Below are positions 50,402 to 59,763 of a DNA stretch of 64,000 bases, one piece after another (positions within the stretch are counted from its first letter, which is position 1; the number at the start of each line of letters is the position of its first letter). The DNA is from a phage, in the sequence record PX930851.1; one strand, given 5' to 3'. The notes beneath the pieces are model-generated. The model had not been told where the DNA came from. It saw nothing but the letters and a program-made list of their open reading frames with translations, and did not search any database. Position numbers and translations under genes: made by a program.

Positions 50402-50716
50402 CTAAAAGAAACTTCTTTCACAATTTTTTCCACTGAACCAAGCGCTCACTGCTTTCTTAGTCTCAGGAGCAGTGTTATCCATAAACCATTCAAAGGCAGC
50501 CTTTTTATGATTCTGGAGGGCTTCTCGGGCTTTAATCTGCTCACGGTCTATTAACACTAACATATGAGCCTTTCTTGTCACCAGGGGCTTCTTATGATTT
50601 TTTGAATGCTCCCAATCATTTGTCCATCGCATCGTTGTTGCGAACTGAAATACTGCTTCTTTAATTTTAGTTTCGTAAATTTCACGAGCCTTTGAGTATA
50701 ACATCACTACCTCCAT
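50402..50716 (-). CDS. hypothetical protein
   Basis: 104 aa. Confidence 0.45.
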   Translation of the reverse strand: MEVVMLYSKAREIYETKIKEAVFQFATTMRWTNDWEHSKNHKKPLVTRKAHMLVLIDREQIKAREALQNHKKAAFEWFMDNTAPETKKAVSAWFSGKNCERSFF

Positions 50717-50805
50717 TTACCAGTTTAATTCTAGTCATCTTTTTGATGGCAGTCCATATAATCTATTTCTGAACTGCCTTTTTATCTTAGAAGGCCTCTT
50801 ATGAA

Positions 50806-51786
50806 TTATTTCAGAAGAGTAACCTCAGCGATTTCTTCCCAACCGTTTTTGTCGGTCATAATAAAGTCAGCAAGATAAAGTGCAGTACGCAGTGAAACAT
50901 TGCGTAAACGGTTAACATTGACTTTCATCCATGATAATGCTTTATAAGTTTCTTCATCAGAAAGACCGCGTTTTTGCATCATGTCAGTTGAAAGAATAAC
51001 ATCTTCAACCCTGACCATAATTTCTTCATTAGTGTGAACACCCAAATCTAAATAAACTGAGCGGGAAACTAATGCTTGTAAATGTGGAGCAAGTTTAGTA
51101 CCACGGTCTAATTCGCGGTCAATGTCAACGTTTGTGATAAAAACAATCGTTCCTTTAAATTCAAACTCACGCTCAATGCCTTTTTCTTCTAAGTAAGAAG
51201 ATGCGGTGCTCCAGCAGACTTTACGGGTCTCTCCGGTGTCCAGAGCAGCTTTCAGAAGATTAAGAATGTCCATATCAGAGAAAACATCCACATCATCAAT
51301 CAAAAGGACAGAATTCTCTTCACGATTATTCCAAAGCTGTTCATAAAGACCGATACCAGAGATTTTACCATTAATGCTTTTATATTCGATGTATCCAATA
51401 TCATTTGCTTTATTTAAAGCTTTATCTAAAGAATACGTTTTACCAATACCTGCTGCTCCAGAGATAATTAATGAACGAATGTTTCCGTTAATAATACCAT
51501 TCGTCATCATTCCCATAACATTAAATCTTTTATTAATGCGGGTTTTCATATCTTCATACGATTCTTTAACTTCTTCAACTTTTACACCATCATATGAAAT
51601 GTCTGATTTGTAAACCCAAACACCGCGACGCTTACCGTCAATTTCAACAAAAACTTTACCATCTCCTTGTGCATCTACCGGAGCATTATCTGGGAACCAT
51701 TCACCTAAGAGCTCAAAAGTTCCAGAGATTTCTTTACCGAAGTAGATACCCTTATTGATAGTTACAGTTTTCATTTTATTCTCCAA
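50806..51786 (-). CDS. P-loop ATPase (AAA-like)
   Basis: 326 aa; Walker A GAAGIGKT, Walker B VLLIDDVD. Confidence 0.6.
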   Translation of the reverse strand: MENKMKTVTINKGIYFGKEISGTFELLGEWFPDNAPVDAQGDGKVFVEIDGKRRGVWVYKSDISYDGVKVEEVKESYEDMKTRINKRFNVMGMMTNGIINGNIRSLIISGAAGIGKTYSLDKALNKANDIGYIEYKSINGKISGIGLYEQLWNNREENSVLLIDDVDVFSDMDILNLLKAALDTGETRKVCWSTASSYLEEKGIEREFEFKGTIVFITNVDIDRELDRGTKLAPHLQALVSRSVYLDLGVHTNEEIMVRVEDVILSTDMMQKRGLSDEETYKALSWMKVNVNRLRNVSLRTALYLADFIMTDKNGWEEIAEVTLLK

Positions 51787-51843
51787 TTTTACATTTGTTT
51801 TGATAGGGTAATAATATCACACTACTACCCTGCTGTAAACAAT

Positions 51844-52107
51844 TTATTTTAATGTTTGCCAAATTTTTACTGCTTCACGACGAGATACTTCTACAGCTCC
51901 AAGTTCTACAGCTTTTTGGCGTCGCCGAGCGTGTAAGTCATAATGTTTAATGCGTTTATCTTGAAACCAAGAACGTTTCATTCCTATTGCTTCTGCCATT
52001 TCGTGAAGCTCTTCAATATCTCCATCAGTGAACATATGACAATTTTTAGTTGGATGACCGCGAAGTTTCCATCCATGATTCATTAAAACATCTACGTAAA
52101 CTGTCAT
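51844..52107 (-). CDS. hypothetical protein, DUF4031-like by recollection
   Basis: 87 aa MTVYVDVLMNHGWKLRGHPTKNCHMFTD... Confidence 0.45.
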   Translation of the reverse strand: MTVYVDVLMNHGWKLRGHPTKNCHMFTDGDIEELHEMAEAIGMKRSWFQDKRIKHYDLHARRRQKAVELGAVEVSRREAVKIWQTLK

Positions 52108-52253
52108 TGATTCTTCTCCAAATAAGTTTCGATAATTTTCTGGGCGAGATAAACCGCGTTATCTTCAGTTGCGTCTTCCAAGAAACTTTCAAAACACTCT
52201 GAAATTTCTTCTGTATCAATCAACTTTTTTACTTCAATTGGTGTAATTTTCAT
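52104..52253 (-). CDS. small acidic ORF, not in track
   Basis: 49 aa MKITPIEVKKLIDTEEISECFESFLED...; ATGA overlap with next gene. Confidence 0.3.
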   Translation of the reverse strand: MKITPIEVKKLIDTEEISECFESFLEDATEDNAVYLAQKIIETYLEKNQ

Positions 52254-52289
52254 TTTGTTTTCCGTTTAAGTGTTTGTTTTGATAGTTGT

Positions 52290-52319
52290 ATAGTACCATA
52301 AAGCTTTATGCTTGTAAAC
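52290..52319 (-). promoter_or_regulatory. T4-type early promoter
   Basis: minus strand gtttac-N18-tactat. Confidence 0.5.
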
Positions 52320-52348
52320 CGTTTTGTGAAAAATTTTTGAAATAAAAA

Positions 52349-52368
52349 AGGGAGCCCGAAGGCTCCCT
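52349..52368 (-). terminator. intrinsic terminator (UUCG hairpin plus U6)
   Basis: agggagcccgaaggctccct followed on minus RNA by UUUUUU; directly after nucleotidyltransferase stop. Confidence 0.65.
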
Positions 52369-52369
52369 A

Positions 52370-53383
52370 TCATTTATAATAACTTCGATGGTTTTCAAGA
52401 TAAACCTGTTCGAGGAAATTATTCCAAAAGCTCATATCTACTGTTTTAGGCATACCGTTCTTAGAAGCTTCAGTAGATGCTGCTTCTACTTGATCAACCA
52501 CATCTTCCAAAAACTCTTGAACTGTTTTAAATGGATGTTTACCCAGCTTCACGTCGAGAATAAATGGAGCATCTTGGAGTGGATAAACCAAGTCGCCAGT
52601 TTTGTAAATTTCCAATAGTTGAAGTCCACCACGACAAGCATGACTTAGTGCTTTCCAGTCAATGCCTTCATTAGCTTCGGCTTTACGAGCACGTTCACCA
52701 TATTCAGCATCTAATTTATTCAGTGACTGCTTAAGCTCGATAAGAGAAAGTGTTGTCTGATATTTACGACCCAACACAGTGTAGAACGTTTGCGGGCCTG
52801 TTTTCTCGTGATTATGGAACACCCATTCACAGAACTCATTTTCAGGGAGTCTGTGTTTGATATCTTCTATCTTAGTACGACGAAGTCTATCAGGGATTCC
52901 TTCTTGATAGTCGACCCACTGGTCAGGGATTTGATTAACTACTTTTAATACATCACGTAATGCGGCCAAACGAGAACCCTTGACACCGTATTTAGAAGCT
53001 TGCTTGCGGACATATCCTAAATAGGATTTCATGTTAGTTGTATAAAACCGTGAACGATTGTCTTGGATAAATTTCCATACATCAGGCAAATCAGATTTAA
53101 CCACTAGTTCAGGCGGAGTGTGAAGCATATCCAATGCTACAGTTTCACCATCTGCTGCTAATTTAAAGAAATACTTAAGACTGTATAGTTCATGGTCAAT
53201 ATCATCTTTAGTGTTTTTAGATGATGTGTTGTTAGTGTTTTTACTCATATGCTCTTTAACATTTCCGATAAGAATATCGCGAGCACGAGGAACAAAGATT
53301 TCTTTAAAATCTACATCAGATTCTGGAGTAGAAGTTCCATAAAGATGACTACCAAAATAGCTTTTCATTACTGTTTTCATCAT
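52370..53383 (-). CDS. Pol-beta-superfamily nucleotidyltransferase, unknown substrate
   Basis: 337 aa; YFGSHLYGTSTPESDVDF (GS-x10-DxD) and downstream VALDMLH. Confidence 0.6.
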   Translation of the reverse strand: MMKTVMKSYFGSHLYGTSTPESDVDFKEIFVPRARDILIGNVKEHMSKNTNNTSSKNTKDDIDHELYSLKYFFKLAADGETVALDMLHTPPELVVKSDLPDVWKFIQDNRSRFYTTNMKSYLGYVRKQASKYGVKGSRLAALRDVLKVVNQIPDQWVDYQEGIPDRLRRTKIEDIKHRLPENEFCEWVFHNHEKTGPQTFYTVLGRKYQTTLSLIELKQSLNKLDAEYGERARKAEANEGIDWKALSHACRGGLQLLEIYKTGDLVYPLQDAPFILDVKLGKHPFKTVQEFLEDVVDQVEAASTEASKNGMPKTVDMSFWNNFLEQVYLENHRSYYK

Positions 53384-53841
53384 TCAGCCTTATATTCAAT
53401 AACAGGACATACTTTAGCTTTACGAGCTTTTAAAAATTCGACGATAATAGATTTCTTGGGTTGAATAGGAGGTAAACCTTTATACGCCCTATCAATATTT
53501 TCTACATGTAAAGCATAATCCTTTTTCCATTTATAATCTTTATATTTTTCACGCAAATGTGCAGGAATAACAAATGAACCGATAATAAGTAAAACAACCA
53601 AAAGCGCAAGTATAAATGCTGATGGAAGCAAAGTCCATAAACTACCAAAAATAAGCCAGCGCTGTAAACTTTCTGCACAAATAATTGTCAGCCCTACGAG
53701 TATAGCACACCCAAAAATAGAAACGAAAAATGTAGGGATAACAATAGACCAAAAGTATGCACATAGCGTCTTAGGTCGTTGCCATTCGTCGTTAAACAAT
53801 TTGAATAATTTATAATGCCAAGAGTTTTCATTAATAATCAT
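53380..53841 (-). CDS. multi-pass membrane protein
   Basis: 153 aa with about three hydrophobic helices; ATG overlaps next gene. Confidence 0.5.
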   Translation of the reverse strand: MIINENSWHYKLFKLFNDEWQRPKTLCAYFWSIVIPTFFVSIFGCAILVGLTIICAESLQRWLIFGSLWTLLPSAFILALLVVLLIIGSFVIPAHLREKYKDYKWKKDYALHVENIDRAYKGLPPIQPKKSIIVEFLKARKAKVCPVIEYKAE

Positions 53842-53843
53842 AA

Positions 53844-54365
53844 TTATCCTTTCATTGGAGGCGTAACGGTTGTTAAATACTTAATCATAGCTTCAGCTTC
53901 TGATTTTGATAATGAAATTTCTTCATTGTTTTGACGAATAGAAATAAAATCCGGATGACGGTCACCACCAGCTTTTAAAACACACATATAAGTATCAACT
54001 TCGCCTTCAATATTTGAAATGATTGAAGCAGTTCCACATGAATGCGGTTTTTGATAAATCAATACAGCTTTTCTTCCACCGTTTGACTGTTCATAGGCTT
54101 TTAATACATCAAGCAAATCAGTTCTTTTATCAATAGCTAAAATATTATTTTCATCTTCAATGTTAAATCCTTCGGATACTTCATAAAGCGTTACCCATAA
54201 ATCACCGATGTCAATAACAGCATTTACTTTTCCACGGCTTTCAAGAGTATGACAAATTTTCTTGATTTCGTCATAACTCATTTTAATAATATCATCTCCT
54301 TGACTAAGAAAGATGTCATTTTTAAATTCAACACGAATTAAACCACTTCCACTTGAAATAAACAT
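53844..54365 (-). CDS. hypothetical protein, paralog of 54372..54929
   Basis: 173 aa; C-terminus SKSEAEAMIKYLTTVTPPM resembles TKDEAIALKTYLDSVIPTM. Confidence 0.5.
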   Translation of the reverse strand: MFISSGSGLIRVEFKNDIFLSQGDDIIKMSYDEIKKICHTLESRGKVNAVIDIGDLWVTLYEVSEGFNIEDENNILAIDKRTDLLDVLKAYEQSNGGRKAVLIYQKPHSCGTASIISNIEGEVDTYMCVLKAGGDRHPDFISIRQNNEEISLSKSEAEAMIKYLTTVTPPMKG

Positions 54366-54371
54366 ATTTCC

Positions 54372-54929
54372 TCACTTTGAAATCATAGTTGGAATGACAG
54401 AATCAAGATAAGTCTTTAGTGCAATAGCTTCGTCTTTGGTAAATGTGACAATATGTGCTCGAGAATCATCAATTTGGCGAATAGTTAAGACATCTCCCTC
54501 TTCATAACATTTTGATACATTTAAAAGAGTTTCATCATTCTGATTGCAATCGTTAGTAATAATAGCATTGCAATTTTTGAGCCATTTTAAACTATGTTTT
54601 CTTTCATTAGAATAATAAAAATATTTAATCTTAGCTATAAAACTATCCCAATGAATAACTGATAAACACATTGACTCACTTTTAATATTAAATCCTGGGC
54701 ATGAAGAATAAAAATGAATTTTGTGCTCATCATTGATGCTTACTATTTTATCAGTATAAGGATATTCAATTTGGGTTAAATGAATGATTTCACTAGGCGT
54801 AAAATACAGCATATCGTCTTCTTGCGTCAAACGATACATGTTATTTACTTTTTCTATAGCCAATTCACCAAAAAGCGGACTAACTTCTAATACTAATCGT
54901 TTCATATTGATTCTCTTCGACTCGCTCAC
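54372..54929 (-). CDS. hypothetical protein, paralog of 53844..54365 (GTG start likely)
   Basis: 185 aa; AGGAG 9 nt before GTG at 54929. Confidence 0.5.
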   Translation of the reverse strand: MSESKRINMKRLVLEVSPLFGELAIEKVNNMYRLTQEDDMLYFTPSEIIHLTQIEYPYTDKIVSINDEHKIHFYSSCPGFNIKSESMCLSVIHWDSFIAKIKYFYYSNERKHSLKWLKNCNAIITNDCNQNDETLLNVSKCYEEGDVLTIRQIDDSRAHIVTFTKDEAIALKTYLDSVIPTMISK

Positions 54930-55064
54930 AATTACATACTCCTTTGAATAATATCAATAATGTTGTTCACCAGATTATAAGTAAACATTGGGTAATTATA
55001 TTGAATCATCACATACACAACAAACAAAACTTTCATTCTCTTCTCCTTGGCAGTTGACAAGATT

Positions 55065-55094
55065 ACTATACCACAACCTTGCCAACTTGTAAAC
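55065..55094 (-). promoter_or_regulatory. T4-type early promoter
   Basis: minus strand gtttac-N18-tatagt preceded by tgg. Confidence 0.55.
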
Positions 55095-55259
55095 CATTAA
55101 ATGACGTTTTCAATAAAATTTTGAAGCTTTGTGTGAGCATCAACCATGATTTTCATTTCTTCTTTGGCGAAAGCTGTACCTCTTTCCCGAGAAGAACACT
55201 CATAGTCAGAAACTGCATTAGCATATTCTTCAATTAGTTTCATTAAAAACATCTGCTTT

Positions 55260-55454
55260 TCAGTTTTCATTATTCCACCTAATTATTTCAAGATATTGAA
55301 CTAACTTAGCTTTAGATTTATCCAAATCCTTTTTAGCTGCTTCTATACCGTCGTATGAATATCCTTCACAATGCTCAACTGCTAATTGATATGAATCTAT
55401 TTCAACATCACGTGCTAATTTAATGATTTTTTCAAACTGTTCATGTGTTAGCAT
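55260..55454 (-). CDS. hypothetical small acidic protein
   Basis: 64 aa. Confidence 0.4.
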   Translation of the reverse strand: MLTHEQFEKIIKLARDVEIDSYQLAVEHCEGYSYDGIEAAKKDLDKSKAKLVQYLEIIRWNNEN

Positions 55455-55456
55455 AC

Positions 55457-55660
55457 TTAAACTCTCGTATTATGATCGATAATTTCATCAAGAAACATAT
55501 CTAACGCTTCTAAAGCATTATCAACTTTAGCTTCAAAGTCTTTAATGCCTTTATTCGAAATACCCGATGAATACCAAGCAAAGTCAATCAGCTCTTCATC
55601 TGCTTTACGAATTGAAGCCACTAATTCCTTGATTTTATCTGCTTGCTCTATACTAATCAT
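55457..55660 (-). CDS. hypothetical small acidic protein
   Basis: 67 aa from ATG at 55660. Confidence 0.4.
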   Translation of the reverse strand: MISIEQADKIKELVASIRKADEELIDFAWYSSGISNKGIKDFEAKVDNALEALDMFLDEIIDHNTRV

Positions 55661-55848
55661 TATTCCACCACATATGACAGAGAGAATATTGCACACGCCA
55701 TGTGAGTTGCAACTTCATCACACATATTATAACGTTTCTTAAGAAGTTCTACAAGTTCTTCACTAGTAACTTCATCCATGTCGACGAAAAAATCACCATT
55801 AATGATGACGTAGATATTTCCTTCTTGATTAAGTGCTTCAATTTTCAT
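55660..55848 (-). CDS. hypothetical small acidic protein
   Basis: 62 aa from ATG at 55848 with SD GAGGAG. Confidence 0.4.
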
Positions 55849-55876
55849 GATGTTCTCCTCTTTATCCGATGGTTGT

Positions 55877-55906
55877 ATAGTACCACAGCTCAAACGGAAA
55901 GTAAAC
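55877..55906 (-). promoter_or_regulatory. T4-type early promoter
   Basis: minus strand gtttac-N18-tactat. Confidence 0.5.
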
Positions 55907-55921
55907 CGGTAAAATGAAAAA

Positions 55922-55939
55922 AGTCTCCCGAAGGAGACT
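55922..55939 (-). terminator. intrinsic terminator (UUCG hairpin plus U6)
   Basis: agtctcccgaaggagact followed on minus RNA by UUUUUU. Confidence 0.65.
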
Positions 55940-55943
55940 AATG

Positions 55944-56330
55944 TTATTCGAGGGAAAGAAGATACTTACTCTGGTAAAACATCCCAGTAATATCATCTAT
56001 CGTGCTTTGAATGGCTGGAGGCATTTCTTTATAAATGCTGTTAGATTGGTCTAGTATGCGATCAATCATTTTAATTGTGTCGGTAGGAAGTTTACTGGCA
56101 TCTGGAATTGAAGGTGTGTATTTTCTACCAGAATACCCCAAATATTGCTCACCAAATTTATCAATCAAATCTGGCAATTCGGAGAAAATAAAATCGTATG
56201 CTTTGTGTCTAGCATAACTTTTAGTTTCAAAATGTGCAGAATGAAAATAAGCTTGTGCAGCCATTAATAAACCTAAGTATTCATCTGCCTTTGAAGGTTT
56301 TCCACTTTGTGAAAAGTCGCTGAATTTCAT
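55944..56330 (-). CDS. hypothetical protein (rI.-1 position)
   Basis: 128 aa immediately downstream of rI. Confidence 0.5.
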
Positions 56331-56620
56331 TCAGTCTCCAATTTAATGTTCATAATTCTAGCGTATGATTGTGCCATCTCCGCGCCTCGTTCTATACATT
56401 CAAAATCAGAAGAGCACGGGTCATTTTTATAGGTCGTTCTCATAAAACTATAGAACTGTTCAGATGATTCTACGCTTTTATTTTCAAAAAGCATATAAAC
56501 ATGTCTAATACCAGATTCCATAAATTTATCAAAATGAGGATCGACATTCGCTTCAATCGATGGAGATAAAGCAAATGACAATCCTAGCATGGCAAATAGT
56601 GCCGTTGCTTTTAAGGCCAT
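56327..56620 (-). CDS. rI: lysis inhibition regulator rI (periplasmic antiholin)
   Basis: 97 aa with N-terminal signal-anchor MALKATALFAMLGLSFALSPSIEA. Confidence 0.8.
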   Translation of the reverse strand: MALKATALFAMLGLSFALSPSIEANVDPHFDKFMESGIRHVYMLFENKSVESSEQFYSFMRTTYKNDPCSSDFECIERGAEMAQSYARIMNIKLETE

Positions 56621-56632
56621 AAAGGCCTCCTA

Positions 56633-56845
56633 TCATTTTTGTCCTGTATTTACTTTATGCCGATGCACGGCCTTAACTTTATCAAGGTATTTTTCAAAAT
56701 TTCGCAATCTAGTATAGTCTGCCGGAGATTGGTTGAGTGATACTTCTCGACGCAAAGCTGAAATGATATTTCCAACTTCCCTACGAATTTCATCTAATTG
56801 AAGCACAGTAAGATTGCGAAGTTGCTTTTCAGTTAATTGTAGCAT
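56633..56845 (-). CDS. hypothetical small protein
   Basis: 70 aa. Confidence 0.45.
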
Positions 56846-56887
56846 ATATACCCCTTTAGTTAGATAAACCTATTTATAACTTTTGCA

Positions 56888-57469
56888 CTAACCGAGCTTT
56901 TTAGTTAATTCGTTCCAGTGTTTTCTACACAAAGAAACATAAATTTCATCACCAATACAGATTTGATTACCTTCTTTAACTGGTGTTCCATCTTCCATCA
57001 ATCGAGCTGTCATAATCGCTTTTTTGCCGCAATGACAAACTGCCTTTAGTTCAATAAGTTTATCTGCAATCGCTAAAAGTTCTTTAGAACCTTCAAACAA
57101 TTTTCCAGCGAAATCAGTCCTTAATCCATAAGCCATAACAGGAACATTATATGTATCAACAATTCGGCTTAATTGGTGCACCTGTTCAGTTTTTAAAAAC
57201 TGAGCTTCATCTACAAATACGCAATGAATATCTTTTTGTGCTTCAGCCCATTTATAGAACTCGAAAATATCCATATCATCTGTAATAATATTCGCTTCCT
57301 GTTTAATTCCAATGCGAGAAACAACTTCACAGACAGAATCGCGAGTATCAATAGCAGGCTTAAGAACTAATACACCCATTCCACGTTCTTTATAATTATG
57401 TGCAGCAGTCAAAAGAGAAGCAGATTTTCCAGCATTCATTGCTGCATAAGTAAAAATTAAACTCGCCAT
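56888..57469 (-). CDS. tk: thymidine kinase
   Basis: 193 aa; P-loop AAMNAGKSASLL; C-terminal zinc motif CHCGK...CRKH. Confidence 0.9.
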   Translation of the reverse strand: MASLIFTYAAMNAGKSASLLTAAHNYKERGMGVLVLKPAIDTRDSVCEVVSRIGIKQEANIITDDMDIFEFYKWAEAQKDIHCVFVDEAQFLKTEQVHQLSRIVDTYNVPVMAYGLRTDFAGKLFEGSKELLAIADKLIELKAVCHCGKKAIMTARLMEDGTPVKEGNQICIGDEIYVSLCRKHWNELTKKLG

Positions 57470-57470
57470 C

Positions 57471-57659
57471 TTAGTCCTTAGTTAAATTTTCTAAATATGT
57501 TTCTAAATCATTTTCAGCTTTATCGATAGATTTTACTAATTCGTAATATGTTTCGGCATCTCCATATTCAGAAGATATTTCAAAAGACAAATCCTTTTCT
57601 AAACTAACAATTTCACTAACTAAAAATAATATTTCGTTCTTTTGTTCGCGAGTAATCAT
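57471..57659 (-). CDS. hypothetical small acidic protein
   Basis: 62 aa. Confidence 0.45.
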   Translation of the reverse strand: MITREQKNEILFLVSEIVSLEKDLSFEISSEYGDAETYYELVKSIDKAENDLETYLENLTKD

Positions 57660-57841
57660 AATGAATTTATATAATCAATGAGTTCTTGTTCTTTATTATC
57701 GAATTCTTTAGAAAGTTCTTCGTACTCGTTTGCACTAAAAGGACCGCATTCATTACAAACTTTTTCCAATTCGCTATTTTTATCCATAACTTCGTGGATA
57801 AGAGAAAAGAGTTTGTCTTTTTGTTCTTTACTCAGACTCAT
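57656..57841 (-). CDS. hypothetical small acidic protein
   Basis: 61 aa. Confidence 0.45.
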   Translation of the reverse strand: MSLSKEQKDKLFSLIHEVMDKNSELEKVCNECGPFSANEYEELSKEFDNKEQELIDYINSL

Positions 57842-58007
57842 ATATTAAATCCTAGAAGTTTTAAGATAATTCGCTTTTGCTTAAATATTTCTATCGTTAA
57901 ATGATCAGTATCTTTTTGACCAATTCCAATAGCAAAACCCTTATTTACGGCAAGTTCAATTAAATTATCAATATTGCGTAAAACTTCATAGCGTAACTCA
58001 AAACTAT

Positions 58008-58235
58008 TCATTTTGGTTTACCTTCTTTAACGAAATCAGGATAAGGATAAAATCCTGAATAAAATCCTTCACCTTTATGATTGATGCATCCTTTATTAGA
58101 ACAATAGCACCAATAATCGAAATCACAAGCCATTTCATCGTTGCATAAAGCAAAAACAACCGGCCACTTACACTTTTCACAGTGGGCATTTTTAAGAATA
58201 CTAGTTTGGCTCATAACCATGTAACCTTTAAGCAA
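58008..58235 (-). CDS. Cys-rich small protein
   Basis: 75 aa with CEKCKW...CNDEMACD...CYCSNKGC. Confidence 0.4.
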   Translation of the reverse strand: MLKGYMVMSQTSILKNAHCEKCKWPVVFALCNDEMACDFDYWCYCSNKGCINHKGEGFYSGFYPYPDFVKEGKPK

Positions 58236-58423
58236 TATTCTTCTACATGTTGTTTACGACCTTTCTTATCAATAAAGGTATATTCAACGAATGTTCCAAT
58301 GTAGTCTTTATCTACATCATGTGGACTATTAATTGGACATTTAGTGCGGCAAATGCGTTCCCATTGACGAATAATTACTGCTTTGTTTTTAGGATCAAAC
58401 GGATGTGGGTAATGTACTTTCAT
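58211..58423 (-). CDS. hypothetical small protein
   Basis: 70 aa. Confidence 0.4.
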   Translation of the reverse strand: MKVHYPHPFDPKNKAVIIRQWERICRTKCPINSPHDVDKDYIGTFVEYTFIDKKGRKQHVEEYCLKVTWL

Positions 58424-58874
58424 AATCCACCACTATTAAATCAATATCAGGAGTAAACATGTCGATTAATTTAGAAACTTTATCCCAATCGCCGCCAGCA
58501 ATACCACAACCTATACGTGGAATGTAAATTACCGGTTTAAACAAAAGGGTTTCTGCCTGTAGATTTAATTCTATCATGCAGTTTACTAAAGCACCATAAT
58601 CAAGATTAGGACCTGGTTCGTATTGCGTATACAAGTTATAACATATGCCAAACCCATTAGGTTTATGTTTAAAAACAATAGACACATCACCGAGTTTTTC
58701 ACGCGAACCATATTCAGTTGTGGTCTTATCTATTTCTAAAATTTTGGGATAGGCTCTTGCTAATTGACCAGCTACACCACTGCCCATTGTATGAAAACAG
58801 TTACACCCGTGCGCAATAATATTACCTTCAAGAAAGAGGGCGACAATATCGCCCTTGATATATTTTACAATCAT
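58395..58874 (-). CDS. macro-domain-like protein (possible ADP-ribose binding/hydrolase)
   Basis: 159 aa; HGCNCFHTMGSGVAGQL and IPRIGCGIAGG glycine-rich motifs. Confidence 0.45.
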   Translation of the reverse strand: MIVKYIKGDIVALFLEGNIIAHGCNCFHTMGSGVAGQLARAYPKILEIDKTTTEYGSREKLGDVSIVFKHKPNGFGICYNLYTQYEPGPNLDYGALVNCMIELNLQAETLLFKPVIYIPRIGCGIAGGDWDKVSKLIDMFTPDIDLIVVDYESTLPTSV

Positions 58875-59218
58875 CTAGTACTCAATCCTCGATTATAAGA
58901 ATCTACTAAACGGTCAACCATTGAATGACAAGCGGCTTTATCTTTTTCCTCCGCAACTGAACATTCTAGGGTATTCCACTTTTTAGCATATCGTTTTAAT
59001 AATGTATCGTTTTTGTATCTGCTTGATTTATCTCTTTCTCCGTCTTTATATGCATATATTAATTTCTGCGCAAATTCAGCTTGGCATGCTTTATTTTTCC
59101 CACAATAATCTGCCGCAGTGCGGTTCACATACTCCCTAATTTCAGTATATGATGTATCTGCTGACGCATAAGCAGAAAATGAAATTAATCCTATACATAA
59201 AACCAAAATTTTAGTCAT
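58871..59218 (-). CDS. secreted protein
   Basis: 115 aa with signal peptide MTKILVLCIGLISFSAYASA. Confidence 0.5.
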   Translation of the reverse strand: MTKILVLCIGLISFSAYASADTSYTEIREYVNRTAADYCGKNKACQAEFAQKLIYAYKDGERDKSSRYKNDTLLKRYAKKWNTLECSVAEEKDKAACHSMVDRLVDSYNRGLSTR

Positions 59219-59756
59219 TTACTATTTCCAAAAGTTTATTATTTTTAAGGTAATTAGCCTTTTCTAGGACTTCAGAAGCATATTTAGAACCTGCTTTAAC
59301 ATTCCATCCCGAATTATAAGAGGATATTGCTTTTCTTATATCGCCCTTATGTATATTTAACCAATAAGAAAGTTCAATGTACGCCCAGGAAGCTGAATTG
59401 GATCGTTTATTCAACATTCTTTTTATTTCAGCATCGGTCATATTATAACCAAGTTCCTTAACTCTCGCTCGCATAGTAGGCAAATAATTTTGGAACATTC
59501 CGTAAGCATGATGTTTTGGTTTAGATTTTAAATTAACTCCGCCAGAGCTTTCTTGCCATAAAATGGCTGCCATTATATGACCTAATCCACTCTTATGAAC
59601 ATTTTGATGTGTTTTATATTTTCCATCCTTAGAAAACTGTTCCCCGAATTGATACGCGTAACGCATGTTATCGAGTTGGACATTACTGAAAGTATGCTCG
59701 GAGCTATGTGCCATCATAGAAATGGCCAATAGACCAGCGAGTAGTGCTTTTCTCAT
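59211..59756 (-). CDS. secreted protein, function unknown
   Basis: 181 aa with signal peptide MRKALLAGLLAISMMAHS. Confidence 0.5.
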   Translation of the reverse strand: MRKALLAGLLAISMMAHSSEHTFSNVQLDNMRYAYQFGEQFSKDGKYKTHQNVHKSGLGHIMAAILWQESSGGVNLKSKPKHHAYGMFQNYLPTMRARVKELGYNMTDAEIKRMLNKRSNSASWAYIELSYWLNIHKGDIRKAISSYNSGWNVKAGSKYASEVLEKANYLKNNKLLEIVND

Positions 59757-59763
59757 GTTTACC

